This document shows positions 1-10,130 of a stretch of 64,000 nt of DNA, piece by piece. The stretch's first letter is position 1. The number at the start of each line of letters is the position of its first letter. The stretch is taken from IMG/VR virus record IMGVR_UViG_3300029305_003293, positions 54,161-118,160 of that record. One strand, given 5' to 3'. Both the position numbers and the translations under genes were made by a program. The notes below the pieces were generated by a model. It did not search any database and was not told the DNA's origin. It saw only the letters and a program-made list of their open reading frames with translations. Source of the DNA: a virus (lineage: Duplodnaviria; Heunggongvirae; Uroviricota; Caudoviricetes).

Positions 1-548
1 TTTTCATTTCCTTCATCATCATTAGTCTTATGATATTCTTTTAGAATACCTTGACCAAAACAATCGCCTTTAGAAATCTTTACTGGGAAAGGAAGCATAT
101 TAATTAACTGAAAATAAATATGACCCTCATTGTCTGGATTGTTATAATAATCACTATCAATGACGCCAATACTATTTCCGAGAATGAGCCAATGCTTCAG
201 CGGAGTGGAACTTCTTACACTAAGTTCGAGATAATAACCATCAGGAATTTTACATTTAATACCTGTTGGGATAAGCGGGATTTTCGCATTGGCTTCTTTA
301 ACAATCGCGGCAACAGTATTTAGATCAAATGGAAAAGCCTTAGAAACTTCTTCCATATTACCAAACTTCTTTGCTGTCGTCGCGGCAAGACGATCAATCA
401 TTTCATCGCCCATTGCCGGTTCAAGTACCACATCTTCGGCGGCATAAAAATCATAACCAGCAGAGTTTGCAGTTTTACGAAATGGAACAATTATATCTTT
501 ATCATCAGCATATTTACTAATTTTTTCAAAACAAGCATCAATAGTCAT
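1..548 (-). CDS. dut: dUTP diphosphatase, partial; continues beyond the left edge of the window
   Basis: Reverse-strand translation from the ATG at 546-548: MTIDACFEKISKYADDKDIIVPFRKTANSAGYDFYAAEDVVLEP...IPTGIKCKIPDGYYLELSVRSS...GVIDSDY. These match conserved dUTPase motifs. There is no stop before position 1. Confidence 0.7.
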   Translation of the reverse strand, partial: MTIDACFEKISKYADDKDIIVPFRKTANSAGYDFYAAEDVVLEPAMGDEMIDRLAATTAKKFGNMEEVSKAFPFDLNTVAAIVKEANAKIPLIPTGIKCKIPDGYYLELSVRSSTPLKHWLILGNSIGVIDSDYYNNPDNEGHIYFQLINMLPFPVKISKGDCFGQGILKEYHKTNDDEGNE

Positions 549-768
549 AAGATACCTTCACACCACTGTTGGGTTCTTTCTCAAGATTAATAATCTTCTT
601 AGCTTTTACAACAACATATTCTTCTTCAGTTTTCTTATTAAACTTTACAGTATACTGAAAACTTTGAAGTTCATATTTACTGGACTGAGCCATCTCATCT
701 CGCATTTCAAGGGCTTCATCTTCGGTGTCCACGCGCCAAGTTTCTACGACATTCAAAAGATATTTCAT
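538..768 (-). CDS. hypothetical protein
   Basis: 76-aa ORF in the track, in the minus-strand gene series. Its TGA stop overlaps the dut start. Confidence 0.4.
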   Translation of the reverse strand: MKYLLNVVETWRVDTEDEALEMRDEMAQSSKYELQSFQYTVKFNKKTEEEYVVVKAKKIINLEKEPNSGVKVSYDY

Positions 769-771
769 CGC

Positions 772-1023
772 TTAAATTACCTCAATTTTTACTAATTCAT
801 TACTAGAAAACATTTCCATTAGCAGAGTATTCAAATCAAATTCAACAGATGTTAGATTTTCATCTTCGACTTTAAGAGTGTCAATATCATAATTATATAC
901 TACTGTTGCGACAGATTTCATATATTCATCGACACTATTACCAGTATATAAGTCTAGAATAGTTTCATCTTCTAAAATGATTTTTGGATTTGCCGTAAAA
1001 TTATGCAGCCAGAATGCGGTCAT
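772..1023 (-). CDS. hypothetical protein
   Basis: 83-aa ORF, tightly packed with its neighbours. Confidence 0.4.
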   Translation of the reverse strand: MTAFWLHNFTANPKIILEDETILDLYTGNSVDEYMKSVATVVYNYDIDTLKVEDENLTSVEFDLNTLLMEMFSSNELVKIEVI

Positions 1024-1496
1024 ACACGCACAACTCCTTTACCATAAGGGAATAAATAATAACAATCAGGCAGGACTTCGTCATCCCAATTGGCCCAAAT
1101 AGCAATTGCACCATTGGTATCAACAGAAATATCAAAAATCTGACAAAAATCTTCTAAAATATCGAAGATTTTATCAACAAGTTCATAAAATGTGACACCC
1201 ATACGAGTGAAGTCAAATAAAGTATAATATCTCTGCTCATGGCAAAGAAGCATATAATAATTATCAATATTTTTTGTGATCCAATCCATAAGAACTTCTC
1301 TTGCTTTTTCAAGTTCTTCAGATCCATAAGGTTTCATATTGGCAATAAGTTGACGATTCATTTCATAAAGAGAAATTTTTGGGCCTTCACCATTTAAAAT
1401 TTCTTCTTTAATTTCTTCTGCGAGATTTGTATTATGTTCTACAAACTCTTCATATTCGTCAGCTTCCAAAAAAATGCCATTTTCAGTATGCTTCAT
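1020..1496 (-). CDS. hypothetical protein
   Basis: 158-aa ORF with 4-nt overlaps to its neighbours. It lies downstream of the promoter at 1522-1562. Confidence 0.4.
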   Translation of the reverse strand: MKHTENGIFLEADEYEEFVEHNTNLAEEIKEEILNGEGPKISLYEMNRQLIANMKPYGSEELEKAREVLMDWITKNIDNYYMLLCHEQRYYTLFDFTRMGVTFYELVDKIFDILEDFCQIFDISVDTNGAIAIWANWDDEVLPDCYYLFPYGKGVVRV

Positions 1497-1521
1497 TTTG
1501 GAAAACTCCTTTTACTCATTT

Positions 1522-1562
1522 CTTATACATATATTATAACAAAATTTTTATTGAATGTCAAT
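1522..1562 (-). promoter_or_regulatory. sigma70-type promoter (TTGACA-N17-TATAAT), repeated family
   Basis: Minus strand: TTGACATTCAATAAAAATTTTGTTATAATATATGTATAAG, upstream of the gene 1020-1496. Confidence 0.6.
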
Positions 1563-2027
1563 AATCCGTTGATTGCGGCTTCCACGCATTTTTAGGGTAA
1601 CATCTCTTTGCTCTTGAATGAAAGGACCATCAATTAAAGTATTAATATTTGCGAGAATATATTGCATATGAGAACTTTCTTGTTTAAGTAAATCTTCATA
1701 TAAGTATCCAGTCCAAATATAGATCTTTGTTTCAGGAGATTTTTCCTTGACCGTTCTAACCAAAAGAGTAGTTAAAAATAAATTTTCTGGACAAAGAGGT
1801 TCTCCACCCAAGATGCACAAGGAACGATTAATTCCTTGTGCATTGAGTTTTTCTATAATTTCTTCTAAAAGAGATGCTGGAAATTCTTTTCCGCCATTAA
1901 AATCCCAAGTTTCTGGATTATGGCATCCAGGGCAACGATGAGGGCAACCTTGAACATAAAATGAAACACACAAGCCATCTCCGGCCATTATATCGTTCCA
2001 TATTACATCAGCATATTGCATAATCAT
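1548..2027 (-). CDS. nrdG: anaerobic ribonucleotide reductase activating protein (radical SAM)
   Basis: CPHRCPGCHNPETW cysteine cluster. The gene is immediately downstream of nrdD. Confidence 0.85.
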   Translation of the reverse strand: MIMQYADVIWNDIMAGDGLCVSFYVQGCPHRCPGCHNPETWDFNGGKEFPASLLEEIIEKLNAQGINRSLCILGGEPLCPENLFLTTLLVRTVKEKSPETKIYIWTGYLYEDLLKQESSHMQYILANINTLIDGPFIQEQRDVTLKMRGSRNQRIIDIQ

Positions 2028-2032
2028 TCTCC

Positions 2033-4264
2033 TTAATATTTTGAATGTTTAACGCGCTCTATGGTTTCCGCTCTCTTGCCTTCATTAAATTTACGATAAT
2101 CAGTTGTTAAATAACCAGTTACGCGTCGTAGTTGTTCGATATTCCTAGAACCGCATTCAGGGCATTCGTCATTGAATTCACTTTGATACCCGCAATCGAG
2201 GCAGGTGTCGATCGGGAAGTTGAATGCAAGGTATGGGATATCGAGTTTCTGGAAGGCGTAATCAATGATTTGTTCGATTGCTTTTGTGTTCTGAACAAAA
2301 GTCGAATCCAATTCAACATAAGTAATGCAGCCTCCTGTTGGATATTTACAGAATGGAGCTTCAATTTCTAACTTTTCAAAAATACCAACTTTTTCCCAAA
2401 CTGGAACATGATGGCTATTAGTAATATAATCTCTATCTGTAATATTTGGTAAAATACCATGTTGTTTACGCAAGGCTTTAAGAGCAGTAGAGCACAATCC
2501 TTCTGCGGGCGTTGCATAACAAGAGAAGTTCAAATCATTGCGTTCACTTGCTTCTTTTGCATAAGCGTTGATACGCTGAACCACAGAAAGAGCAAAAGCA
2601 TGTGCTTTCTTACTATGAACATGATTTTCACCAAAAAGCGCTTGACACATTTCGGCCACACCGAGATATCCAATTGCTAAAGTATTATGACGGAGTGAAT
2701 TATAAACACTCTCAGCATATTTATCGGCATCGGCAATAGTACCATTCTGATACATAAAAGGTGCTGAAACTGCGGCTTGACAAATCATTGTGTCAAAGCG
2801 TTCAAGCAATCCTTGTTCGGCAAGCTTTAAGGTTGATTCGAATTCTTTCCAGAATCCTTCCAAATCAGGAACTTCTCTTTCCCCAAGACAGGTTCCATAC
2901 TTAATGCCGAGCTGTGGTAGAATAATGGTGACTGGGACATTGTTTCCACGGCCGACTCTTTGATAGCCCAATCCGTGTCTATCGAATCCAAGCATTGTGC
3001 GACATCCCATAGTGGAGAAGTAAGTATCTGGATTACTTGGGTCTTCGTGAGCTTGCGACCAGTCGCAGTTACAAAAATTGGGATAGATTCGTTTTGAGAG
3101 AGAAACTAAAGCATGTTGTTTGAGGTCATAGTTTCTATCTTCTGGATTAGCATTACATCCTTGTTTATATTGGAAAATTGAAATCGGGAAAATAGAAGTC
3201 TTATGATGCTTGCCGATTCCAGCCAAAGAAGCATTAAGCATTGCTTGAGATACCATACGACCTTCAATGGTTTCATCTCGCCCATAATTAATAGAAGTAA
3301 ATGGAACCTGAGAACCTGCTCTTGATTCAAGAGTATTTAAATTATGGTAAAGAGCTTCTGCTCCTTGTTTCAACTCTTTTTCAAGCATATAAATAGCATA
3401 ATCATATGCTCTACTATTTTTATGGAATCGTTTATCATCAATAGATGGCATTGTTTCAATTAAATTCTTTTCTAAATCTTCTGTTCCATAATGATTCCAA
3501 AGAGCATTATCAATTTCATCTTCTGTCATCCATAAAAGACCTTCGCAATAATGTTTATAAAAACTTCTTTTTACAAAAGGAGCTAAGTCGAAATCAATAT
3601 GGACTGTGCCAACGCCACCAAATTGAACTTGAGACTGGCATTGGAAAATAACTGCCATTTGCTGACAAGCAGTTGAGAAAGTAGAAGGTGGACGAATATC
3701 GCCATTACGAGTTGAAAATCCTTCTTTAAAAAGTTTCTCAAAATCAATATTTAAACAGTTGTGTTCACCAATAGGTGCTTTTTCAAGGTCGTGCTGATAA
3801 ATAAGCATACCTTTATGCGCATTAGCAACTTCTTCACTAAGAACATCTTCTAAGGCATAAATCTTTTGAATATCAGCAGATGCTTCTTTCTCTCGACCAG
3901 AGAAAGAGCGTTCATCTACATTAGCATTTTGATTTTGAACTGCAATAGCATCTAATCTGCGGCGCATCGCTTCCATAATGCGACTACGCTGTTCTCTAAT
4001 GCGAGAACGCCTATTTCTATATAAAATATATCTTTTTGCGGTAACTGGATCAACCGCCATTAATTCTTTTTCAACAAAATCTTGAATGCTTTCAACAGAC
4101 ATATCTTTATCTAATGCTCTAATCTTTTCAGCAATGTCTGTAGCATTCGGATGCAGAGGCTGAGTAGGACAATACTCTTCCTCCCAATAGGCTTTTGTAA
4201 TAGCCGTTTCAATCTTGGACTTGTCAAAAGGAACTTTGCGCCCGTCGCGCTTAATAATCATCAT
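2033..4264 (-). CDS. nrdD: anaerobic ribonucleoside-triphosphate reductase, class III
   Basis: 743-aa protein with a C-terminal glycyl-radical region (RVTGYLTTDYRKFNEGKRAE) and CxxC pairs. Confidence 0.9.
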   Translation of the reverse strand: MMIIKRDGRKVPFDKSKIETAITKAYWEEEYCPTQPLHPNATDIAEKIRALDKDMSVESIQDFVEKELMAVDPVTAKRYILYRNRRSRIREQRSRIMEAMRRRLDAIAVQNQNANVDERSFSGREKEASADIQKIYALEDVLSEEVANAHKGMLIYQHDLEKAPIGEHNCLNIDFEKLFKEGFSTRNGDIRPPSTFSTACQQMAVIFQCQSQVQFGGVGTVHIDFDLAPFVKRSFYKHYCEGLLWMTEDEIDNALWNHYGTEDLEKNLIETMPSIDDKRFHKNSRAYDYAIYMLEKELKQGAEALYHNLNTLESRAGSQVPFTSINYGRDETIEGRMVSQAMLNASLAGIGKHHKTSIFPISIFQYKQGCNANPEDRNYDLKQHALVSLSKRIYPNFCNCDWSQAHEDPSNPDTYFSTMGCRTMLGFDRHGLGYQRVGRGNNVPVTIILPQLGIKYGTCLGEREVPDLEGFWKEFESTLKLAEQGLLERFDTMICQAAVSAPFMYQNGTIADADKYAESVYNSLRHNTLAIGYLGVAEMCQALFGENHVHSKKAHAFALSVVQRINAYAKEASERNDLNFSCYATPAEGLCSTALKALRKQHGILPNITDRDYITNSHHVPVWEKVGIFEKLEIEAPFCKYPTGGCITYVELDSTFVQNTKAIEQIIDYAFQKLDIPYLAFNFPIDTCLDCGYQSEFNDECPECGSRNIEQLRRVTGYLTTDYRKFNEGKRAETIERVKHSKY

Positions 4265-4321
4265 ATTTAAAACCTCCTTTTAAGGGAACATCCAATATAC
4301 TTAACTACCAGTGGTATTCCC

Positions 4322-4897
4322 TTAATCGAGAACGGCCAAATTCTCTACAAATTCTTGTATATATCTTGTTGTATAATTTAAATCATCAAGATTATCATTA
4401 CTTACTTTTTTAAGATTTAAATAATCAATATCATCAAAATCTTCTAAATCTGCAAAATATCGACGGCAAATTTCCTTTACATCCGGATCGGTTTCTCTAG
4501 TTAATTGTCGCATCATTCGAATTTTATCATCAACATCAACATAAAAACCAATAACAGTTAATTCTGGATCAATTTTTGCACTTTCTAGAAAACAATCATA
4601 TCCCTCTGGATTAAAAACGCCAACATTGATACCTGGAAGAAGAGTTGTCTTATCGGTTCCATAATACCAATTATTAAAACAAACTGCTTCAAGCATATCA
4701 CCATTTAGAACTTTGGCGGCAAATTCTTCATTGGTAAGATAGTAATAATTTACACCTTCTTTTTCGCCCTCTCTCATAGGACGAGTAGTGCAAGAAACCA
4801 TCATATGCCATTCTGGATTGTTTCCTACCAATATTCGTGCTACTGTATCTTTTCCCGCTCCCGCTTTACCTAATAGAGCAATAATAATTTTCTGCAT
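4322..4897 (-). CDS. deoxynucleoside monophosphate kinase-like P-loop kinase
   Basis: Walker A GKAGAGKDTVA near the N-terminus; 191 aa. Confidence 0.55.
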   Translation of the reverse strand: MQKIIIALLGKAGAGKDTVARILVGNNPEWHMMVSCTTRPMREGEKEGVNYYYLTNEEFAAKVLNGDMLEAVCFNNWYYGTDKTTLLPGINVGVFNPEGYDCFLESAKIDPELTVIGFYVDVDDKIRMMRQLTRETDPDVKEICRRYFADLEDFDDIDYLNLKKVSNDNLDDLNYTTRYIQEFVENLAVLD

Positions 4898-4930
4898 ATA
4901 TTCTCCTAATAGGGGAGGTTTCCCTCCCCT

Positions 4931-7900
4931 TTAATCTTCAATCATTTCACCTTGCGCGCGTTCGTGCGCGAGCATCATAGTAGTTCCATTATGAATCTCT
5001 TGAATTTTATATAATTGATGACCTGGAACCGAAGCATACTTTTTAGGAATAAATTCATCGCCACGACGAATACCCATTACCATAATCATACTGCCTCTAT
5101 TGAACCAAGATTTTTCAACCACATGTTTTGCTCCATCTGCGCCTCGTTCAGAAATTTGCTTATCAAACATACTGAAATATTCATTTCTAAACTTTACAGT
5201 TGTTACACCTTCTGGGGTTAAAAGAGAAACGGAACTTTTGGTTTTATTCTTTGCAATACAAGTGCCAATAATCTTGTGAAGTCGATAAATTGGAATCTCA
5301 GAATTACCTCTTTTCCAAATCTTATCAACTATTGGCTCCTCTGGCAAATCAAAGAAATTACTAATACCATAACGAGTTCGATTAATATCTTTTAATTCAT
5401 GATCATGATAATAGAAACACATAACTTCCATTTCCCACGCAGACAGAGTTCCTTTACCATACTTTTCCCATTCAGCCTTAAAAATTTCTTTGTTAAGTTG
5501 ATACAAAGTTTCTTCTTGATGTTCTTTCATCCAACTGCGGACTTTATCCATTTGTTGCTGATATACCTTATCCCACATCTTTTGATTCATTGCATAATTT
5601 GCATCATAAATCTCAAGATGAATATCTGGATAATTATTATCAATAAAATTTACCGCTCTATCATCAAGAATATAATATCCATCATCAATCTTACATACAT
5701 TCTTAAGATAACGATTAAATTCAAAAGTTCTTTGCTCTAAATTTAAATGATTTGGCAGCAAGCCTCTTTGAATCAAGCCATTCATATTTTGAAGTGTAAT
5801 ACGCTTTTTCTTATCACAATTCTGCCAAAGATACTCAATCATAAGCTTCTTTCGATCATGTAATTTATCAAACGCGCCACTTTTAATCAAAGATACAACT
5901 GCTTGTTTATTCGGATTCACTTTTGTCATAAAATCATAGAAATTTTCATATGGACGATTGTCCAAGATAGATTCTACAACATCATCACCGACATTCAGAA
6001 GGCCTTTAAGACCAAACAGGATTTGATTTCCTTCCGCATCTGGTGCGAAACCAAATTCTGCTTTGTTAATATCCGGCAAACCAATTTTTATACCATTGCT
6101 TTGAATAGCGCCAAGAGCTTTTGCAATTTTACCATAATCAGTCGTTCCAGCGAGTTCTGGATCAACCGCGCCGCTATTAACGATCAAACATGCTGTATTC
6201 CAATATACTGGATTAAACTGAGTTGCAAGAATGATAGTTTGAATTCCAACAAAAGAATATGGGAGAGAATGGTTTAAACTAAATGCATAACCCAACTGCG
6301 GCGCTACTGCAACTTCCCAGATATAGTCAGCAAGTTTATTATCCATTACATCATAAACTTTTCTTTTGAGTTCTGGAATACGAGACATTTGCTTTTTCGC
6401 AACAATTTTACGAGCATCATTCGCTTCTGCAAGACTAAAGCTCGCGATTTCAGGATCCATAAGAATCTGCATCATCTGTTCCTGAATTGCACAACATCCA
6501 TAATAAGTATCACAATATTTATGCATTGCTTTAATCATAGATGAGGGAAGATGAGCATCTTGCATTTCTTTATCAAAAACTTTAATTCCTTGACTCTTAA
6601 TTCTCGCAAATCTATCTTGTTGAGACTCCTTACCTTTTTCAGACATAAGTCTCATCATAGCATTTGCCGCAGTCATTTCCAGAGGATTCTGCGGTTTCAC
6701 TTTCTTTGCAACCGCAAGGCCGACACCGCTATTGAACTGGAATACATCAAGAATATCTCCTGCAGCCAAATGTTCCCAAATAACAGGATTTGTAGTATCA
6801 ATATGCTCTGGATGAAGATATTTATTATAAAGATTTCTCAATCCAATATCTTCAATAACCTTATCTTTTACCATTAGATTCAAACAACTAATAATTTTAT
6901 CTGAAACTTCGGTTACAAGGAAATCATATTTTGTATCTCCTGCGGCCTCAGCCATATGAAGATCATAACAAGTAATCAAATCTCCAGAAGGAGTTCTCAT
7001 AATTGCAGCGGTATCATAAATATCATTGTTATACAAGATAACACCCGAAGCATGACAGCCACGCTGCTTTACAATTCCTTCAATGGCAAAGATAATATCA
7101 AGTAAACCTGGATATTTATCAACTTCTCTTTTGAATGCTGCGATTGGTTTTCTATCTTTTTCTTGATTTCCATATACAACTTCTTTAATACTCCACAAGA
7201 AACCGCGCTCTTGGGGAATCATAGAAGTAATATATTGAGCAATATCAACATCAATACCATCTGGATACATTTCAATTCCATCTGCATCAGTTTGTCTATA
7301 ACCGCGACAAGCAGTCAAAACAGCAGATTTAGAACCTTCAGTGCCGAAAGTTGCAACCTGAATCAATCCAAGCTCTCCGCGTTCTTCTCGAATACGCTGG
7401 AAAATTTCAGGCCTCTTGCTCGGCGCCAAGTCAATATCAATATCAGGAAGTTCAGCGCGTTCTTTATTTAAGAAACGCCACCACGGGAGTTCCCATTTAA
7501 TAGGATCCAACTGAGTAATGCCAAGTAAATAGTTGGACAAAAAACCAGTAGCAGAACCACGACCGGGTCCAACAATACTACCTGCATCCCAAAACATATC
7601 AATGTAATGCTTAAAGGTATTGAAATAAGCAAACAGACAAGTTCCGAGACGATTGCCAATATAAGCAATAACATCCGCTTCAATTTCAAGTCTTTCAAAA
7701 TATCTATCCTCTACAAGATGTTTATCTCGTAATGCTTCCATGCAACAATCAAGCCAATATTGCTCTTGCTCATTTCCTTGTTGATTGATTCTATTTAGAG
7801 TAGGATAATTTTCTGGAATACCCCATCCCAAAAAACCTTTTCTAATAGGGACTTCAACCATAGGAATTTGCTGAGGTTTCTCAAGAGAATACCATTCAAT

Positions 7901-8785
7901 TTTTTTTCGCATTTCCTCAGACATTTGCAATGTAATATCAATGGTATCCTCTTGAAAAGAATAGCGCAATAATTCGCGAACTTCTTCTTCATCCATTAAT
8001 CGCGCAAATTCATAAAAGCTATCAACTTCTCGATCTCCACCCTTAGAGTTCAAATAAGCTTTATGCGCAAAACGAGTTTCTTTGCTTAAATAATGAGAGT
8101 CAGTTGCCGCGATCATATGTATACGATACTTTACTGCATAATTCAATAAATACTGATTTATTAAAATCTGGTCTTTATTTAAAGATGGCGCGCACTCAAT
8201 GTAAAAATCATTTTCTCCGAATACATTTTTACAGAATATAATGAAATCTTCAATCTCAGCGCCAATCTCTTTGGTTCTTGGATCATGCATTTCTTTAGCA
8301 ATATGATATTCAATAATACGTTTAGACAATTCACCACCCATACATGCTGTGGTGCCCATGATATGACCCTTGTATCGAGACATAACTTCTGCAAGTTCAG
8401 ATTTCAGAGTTGGTACACGCTCCATACCTCTGTCGAAATAAGAGTTATACCAAGCTTTTGAACTCAATTCTCGCAAACCTTTATGACCAATCGCATCTTT
8501 TGCAATCAAGATAAAATGATAATAAGTCTGATTTTTATCTCTTGTATCAGTCAGATAAATTTCATTACCAAGAGCAATAGTGAAATCTGGATACTTTTCA
8601 CGAATCTTCTTTGCATACATATTCACTTCCATGTGCGCACTAAGTGCTTCATGATCTGTGATTGCAATACCAGAAAGACCTAACTGAATTGCTTTATCAA
8701 TTAGGTCTGTAGGTTTAATAATGCAGTCAAGAAGTCTTAGATTTGAATACATCGTATGATTATGACAATTAAAAAACATATTCAA
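4931..8785 (-). CDS. dnaE: DNA polymerase III alpha subunit (DnaE-like)
   Basis: 1284-aa protein with an N-terminal PHP domain (NCHNHTMYS...ITDHEAL) and polymerase-core motifs. Confidence 0.85.
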   Translation of the reverse strand: MNMFFNCHNHTMYSNLRLLDCIIKPTDLIDKAIQLGLSGIAITDHEALSAHMEVNMYAKKIREKYPDFTIALGNEIYLTDTRDKNQTYYHFILIAKDAIGHKGLRELSSKAWYNSYFDRGMERVPTLKSELAEVMSRYKGHIMGTTACMGGELSKRIIEYHIAKEMHDPRTKEIGAEIEDFIIFCKNVFGENDFYIECAPSLNKDQILINQYLLNYAVKYRIHMIAATDSHYLSKETRFAHKAYLNSKGGDREVDSFYEFARLMDEEEVRELLRYSFQEDTIDITLQMSEEMRKKIEWYSLEKPQQIPMVEVPIRKGFLGWGIPENYPTLNRINQQGNEQEQYWLDCCMEALRDKHLVEDRYFERLEIEADVIAYIGNRLGTCLFAYFNTFKHYIDMFWDAGSIVGPGRGSATGFLSNYLLGITQLDPIKWELPWWRFLNKERAELPDIDIDLAPSKRPEIFQRIREERGELGLIQVATFGTEGSKSAVLTACRGYRQTDADGIEMYPDGIDVDIAQYITSMIPQERGFLWSIKEVVYGNQEKDRKPIAAFKREVDKYPGLLDIIFAIEGIVKQRGCHASGVILYNNDIYDTAAIMRTPSGDLITCYDLHMAEAAGDTKYDFLVTEVSDKIISCLNLMVKDKVIEDIGLRNLYNKYLHPEHIDTTNPVIWEHLAAGDILDVFQFNSGVGLAVAKKVKPQNPLEMTAANAMMRLMSEKGKESQQDRFARIKSQGIKVFDKEMQDAHLPSSMIKAMHKYCDTYYGCCAIQEQMMQILMDPEIASFSLAEANDARKIVAKKQMSRIPELKRKVYDVMDNKLADYIWEVAVAPQLGYAFSLNHSLPYSFVGIQTIILATQFNPVYWNTACLIVNSGAVDPELAGTTDYGKIAKALGAIQSNGIKIGLPDINKAEFGFAPDAEGNQILFGLKGLLNVGDDVVESILDNRPYENFYDFMTKVNPNKQAVVSLIKSGAFDKLHDRKKLMIEYLWQNCDKKKRITLQNMNGLIQRGLLPNHLNLEQRTFEFNRYLKNVCKIDDGYYILDDRAVNFIDNNYPDIHLEIYDANYAMNQKMWDKVYQQQMDKVRSWMKEHQEETLYQLNKEIFKAEWEKYGKGTLSAWEMEVMCFYYHDHELKDINRTRYGISNFFDLPEEPIVDKIWKRGNSEIPIYRLHKIIGTCIAKNKTKSSVSLLTPEGVTTVKFRNEYFSMFDKQISERGADGAKHVVEKSWFNRGSMIMVMGIRRGDEFIPKKYASVPGHQLYKIQEIHNGTTMMLAHERAQGEMIED

Positions 8786-8804
8786 AAAACTCCCTACATT
8801 TATT

Positions 8805-8845
8805 CTATATATACATTATATCATATTTTTTATTTATTGTCAACT
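8805..8845 (-). promoter_or_regulatory. sigma70-type promoter, repeated family
   Basis: Minus strand: TTGACAATAAATAAAAAATATGATATAATGTATATATAG, upstream of dnaE. Confidence 0.6.
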
Positions 8846-9435
8846 AATGATGTTAAAATAGCAAATAAGTTTTGATATTTAAGAGGCACCCATTCCCACG
8901 AAGCACAAATAAAAACTTTATCGAATTTAATTTCATCAAGAATTCTTAAATCTGTAGTGTGGGTATATTTTAATTTTTCAGGAATTTTTTCTGGCATATA
9001 AGAATTAGGATTATGAATCCAAGTATATTTATACATATTTAAATCAAAATGTGCTTTGGCTGCCCAATTTGCCAATGAAATAGATTGTTCATCCAATGAT
9101 TCATCTGTAATATGATAGCCTAAATCGTGATGATGGTCAATATTATAAATATTATATTTTTTAGCATCAAGCATTTTCATAAATTTATATAGCTCATCGT
9201 GTGCGAGTCCCACATAACAATCATCTTTTGTAAGATTTTTTATTACTTCTTTAAGCGTGAAATATAAATCTGTAAAACGATTTAAATCACAATGAGCTTC
9301 AAATCCAGGCATAGTCATTTCAATTTGTTCCCAAATTTCTTTTGGCCCAAGAGGAGAATTTCCGTGGCATAAATTATTATATGCTTCAATAGTTGGTTGC
9401 ATAATCCAGTCAAAATCAATACTTAAAATATTCAA
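8830..9435 (-). CDS. hypothetical protein
   Basis: 201-aa ORF, His-rich (NIDHHHDLGYH). Confidence 0.35.
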   Translation of the reverse strand: MNILSIDFDWIMQPTIEAYNNLCHGNSPLGPKEIWEQIEMTMPGFEAHCDLNRFTDLYFTLKEVIKNLTKDDCYVGLAHDELYKFMKMLDAKKYNIYNIDHHHDLGYHITDESLDEQSISLANWAAKAHFDLNMYKYTWIHNPNSYMPEKIPEKLKYTHTTDLRILDEIKFDKVFICASWEWVPLKYQNLFAILTSLVDNK

Positions 9436-10130
9436 TTTAATAAAGTCTCCAATTCTTTTATTGTGATTGCTTGGTATCCATCACATTTTCTTTCTATACT
9501 CATAGAAGAAGTTACTTCAATCATTAAACCATCAGCTCCAACTGCTAAAGCTGCTTTAGCAAGAGGTAATACTAAATTTCTATCACCCGCGGCGTGACTT
9601 GGGTCTACAATAACCGGACAACCTGATGATAATTGTAAAACAGGAACCGCGGCTAAATCTAAAGTGAAACGGCTTGAATCTGAAAATGTTCTAATTCCTC
9701 GTTCACATAAAATTACCTTATCACTTTTAATATATTCTCTTGCCTTACAAGTTTCATAAACAGTATTTCCAAAACCCCTTTTTAAAAGAATCGGAAAATC
9801 AAAATGATTTAATTCTTGAAGCAAATCAAAATTTTGCATATTTCGAGCACCAATTTGAATCATTACTTCATTTTTATATTGCTCTAAATATTCTAAATGA
9901 TGATAACTTAAAGCTTCAATAGCACATAATTCTAAATTATTTTTACGCATTGCAGAAATTAAAATTTTCACGCCTTCTTCTCCAAGTCCTAAGAAAGAAT
10001 TTGGATCAGTGCGTGGTTTCCAGCATCCACCCCGCAAGACAATATTAGAATTTAATTCACTTAATTCTTTTGCTATTTGAAAAGTATCTTCAATAGTTTC
10101 TACTGTGCAAGGTCCAGCAATCATAATCAT
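9432..10130 (-). CDS. KdsA/AroG-family 3-deoxy-phosphoheptulonate or phospho-octulonate synthase-like protein
   Basis: IAGPCTVE, LCERGIRTF and VDPSHA motifs, typical of the DAHP/KDO8P synthase fold. Confidence 0.5.
   Translation of the reverse strand: MIMIAGPCTVETIEDTFQIAKELSELNSNIVLRGGCWKPRTDPNSFLGLGEEGVKILISAMRKNNLELCAIEALSYHHLEYLEQYKNEVMIQIGARNMQNFDLLQELNHFDFPILLKRGFGNTVYETCKAREYIKSDKVILCERGIRTFSDSSRFTLDLAAVPVLQLSSGCPVIVDPSHAAGDRNLVLPLAKAALAVGADGLMIEVTSSMSIERKCDGYQAITIKELETLLN

Noticed and set aside
120-323. Plus-strand 67-aa ORF
   Set aside because: It lies antisense inside the dUTPase coding region, and nearly all real genes here are on the minus strand. It is probably spurious.
4898-4931. 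Hairpin AGGGGAGG-GAAA-CCTCCCCT after dnaE as a terminator
   Set aside because: No U-tract follows. It is immediately succeeded by the RBS and ATG of the kinase gene, so a 5' UTR structure is as likely as a terminator.
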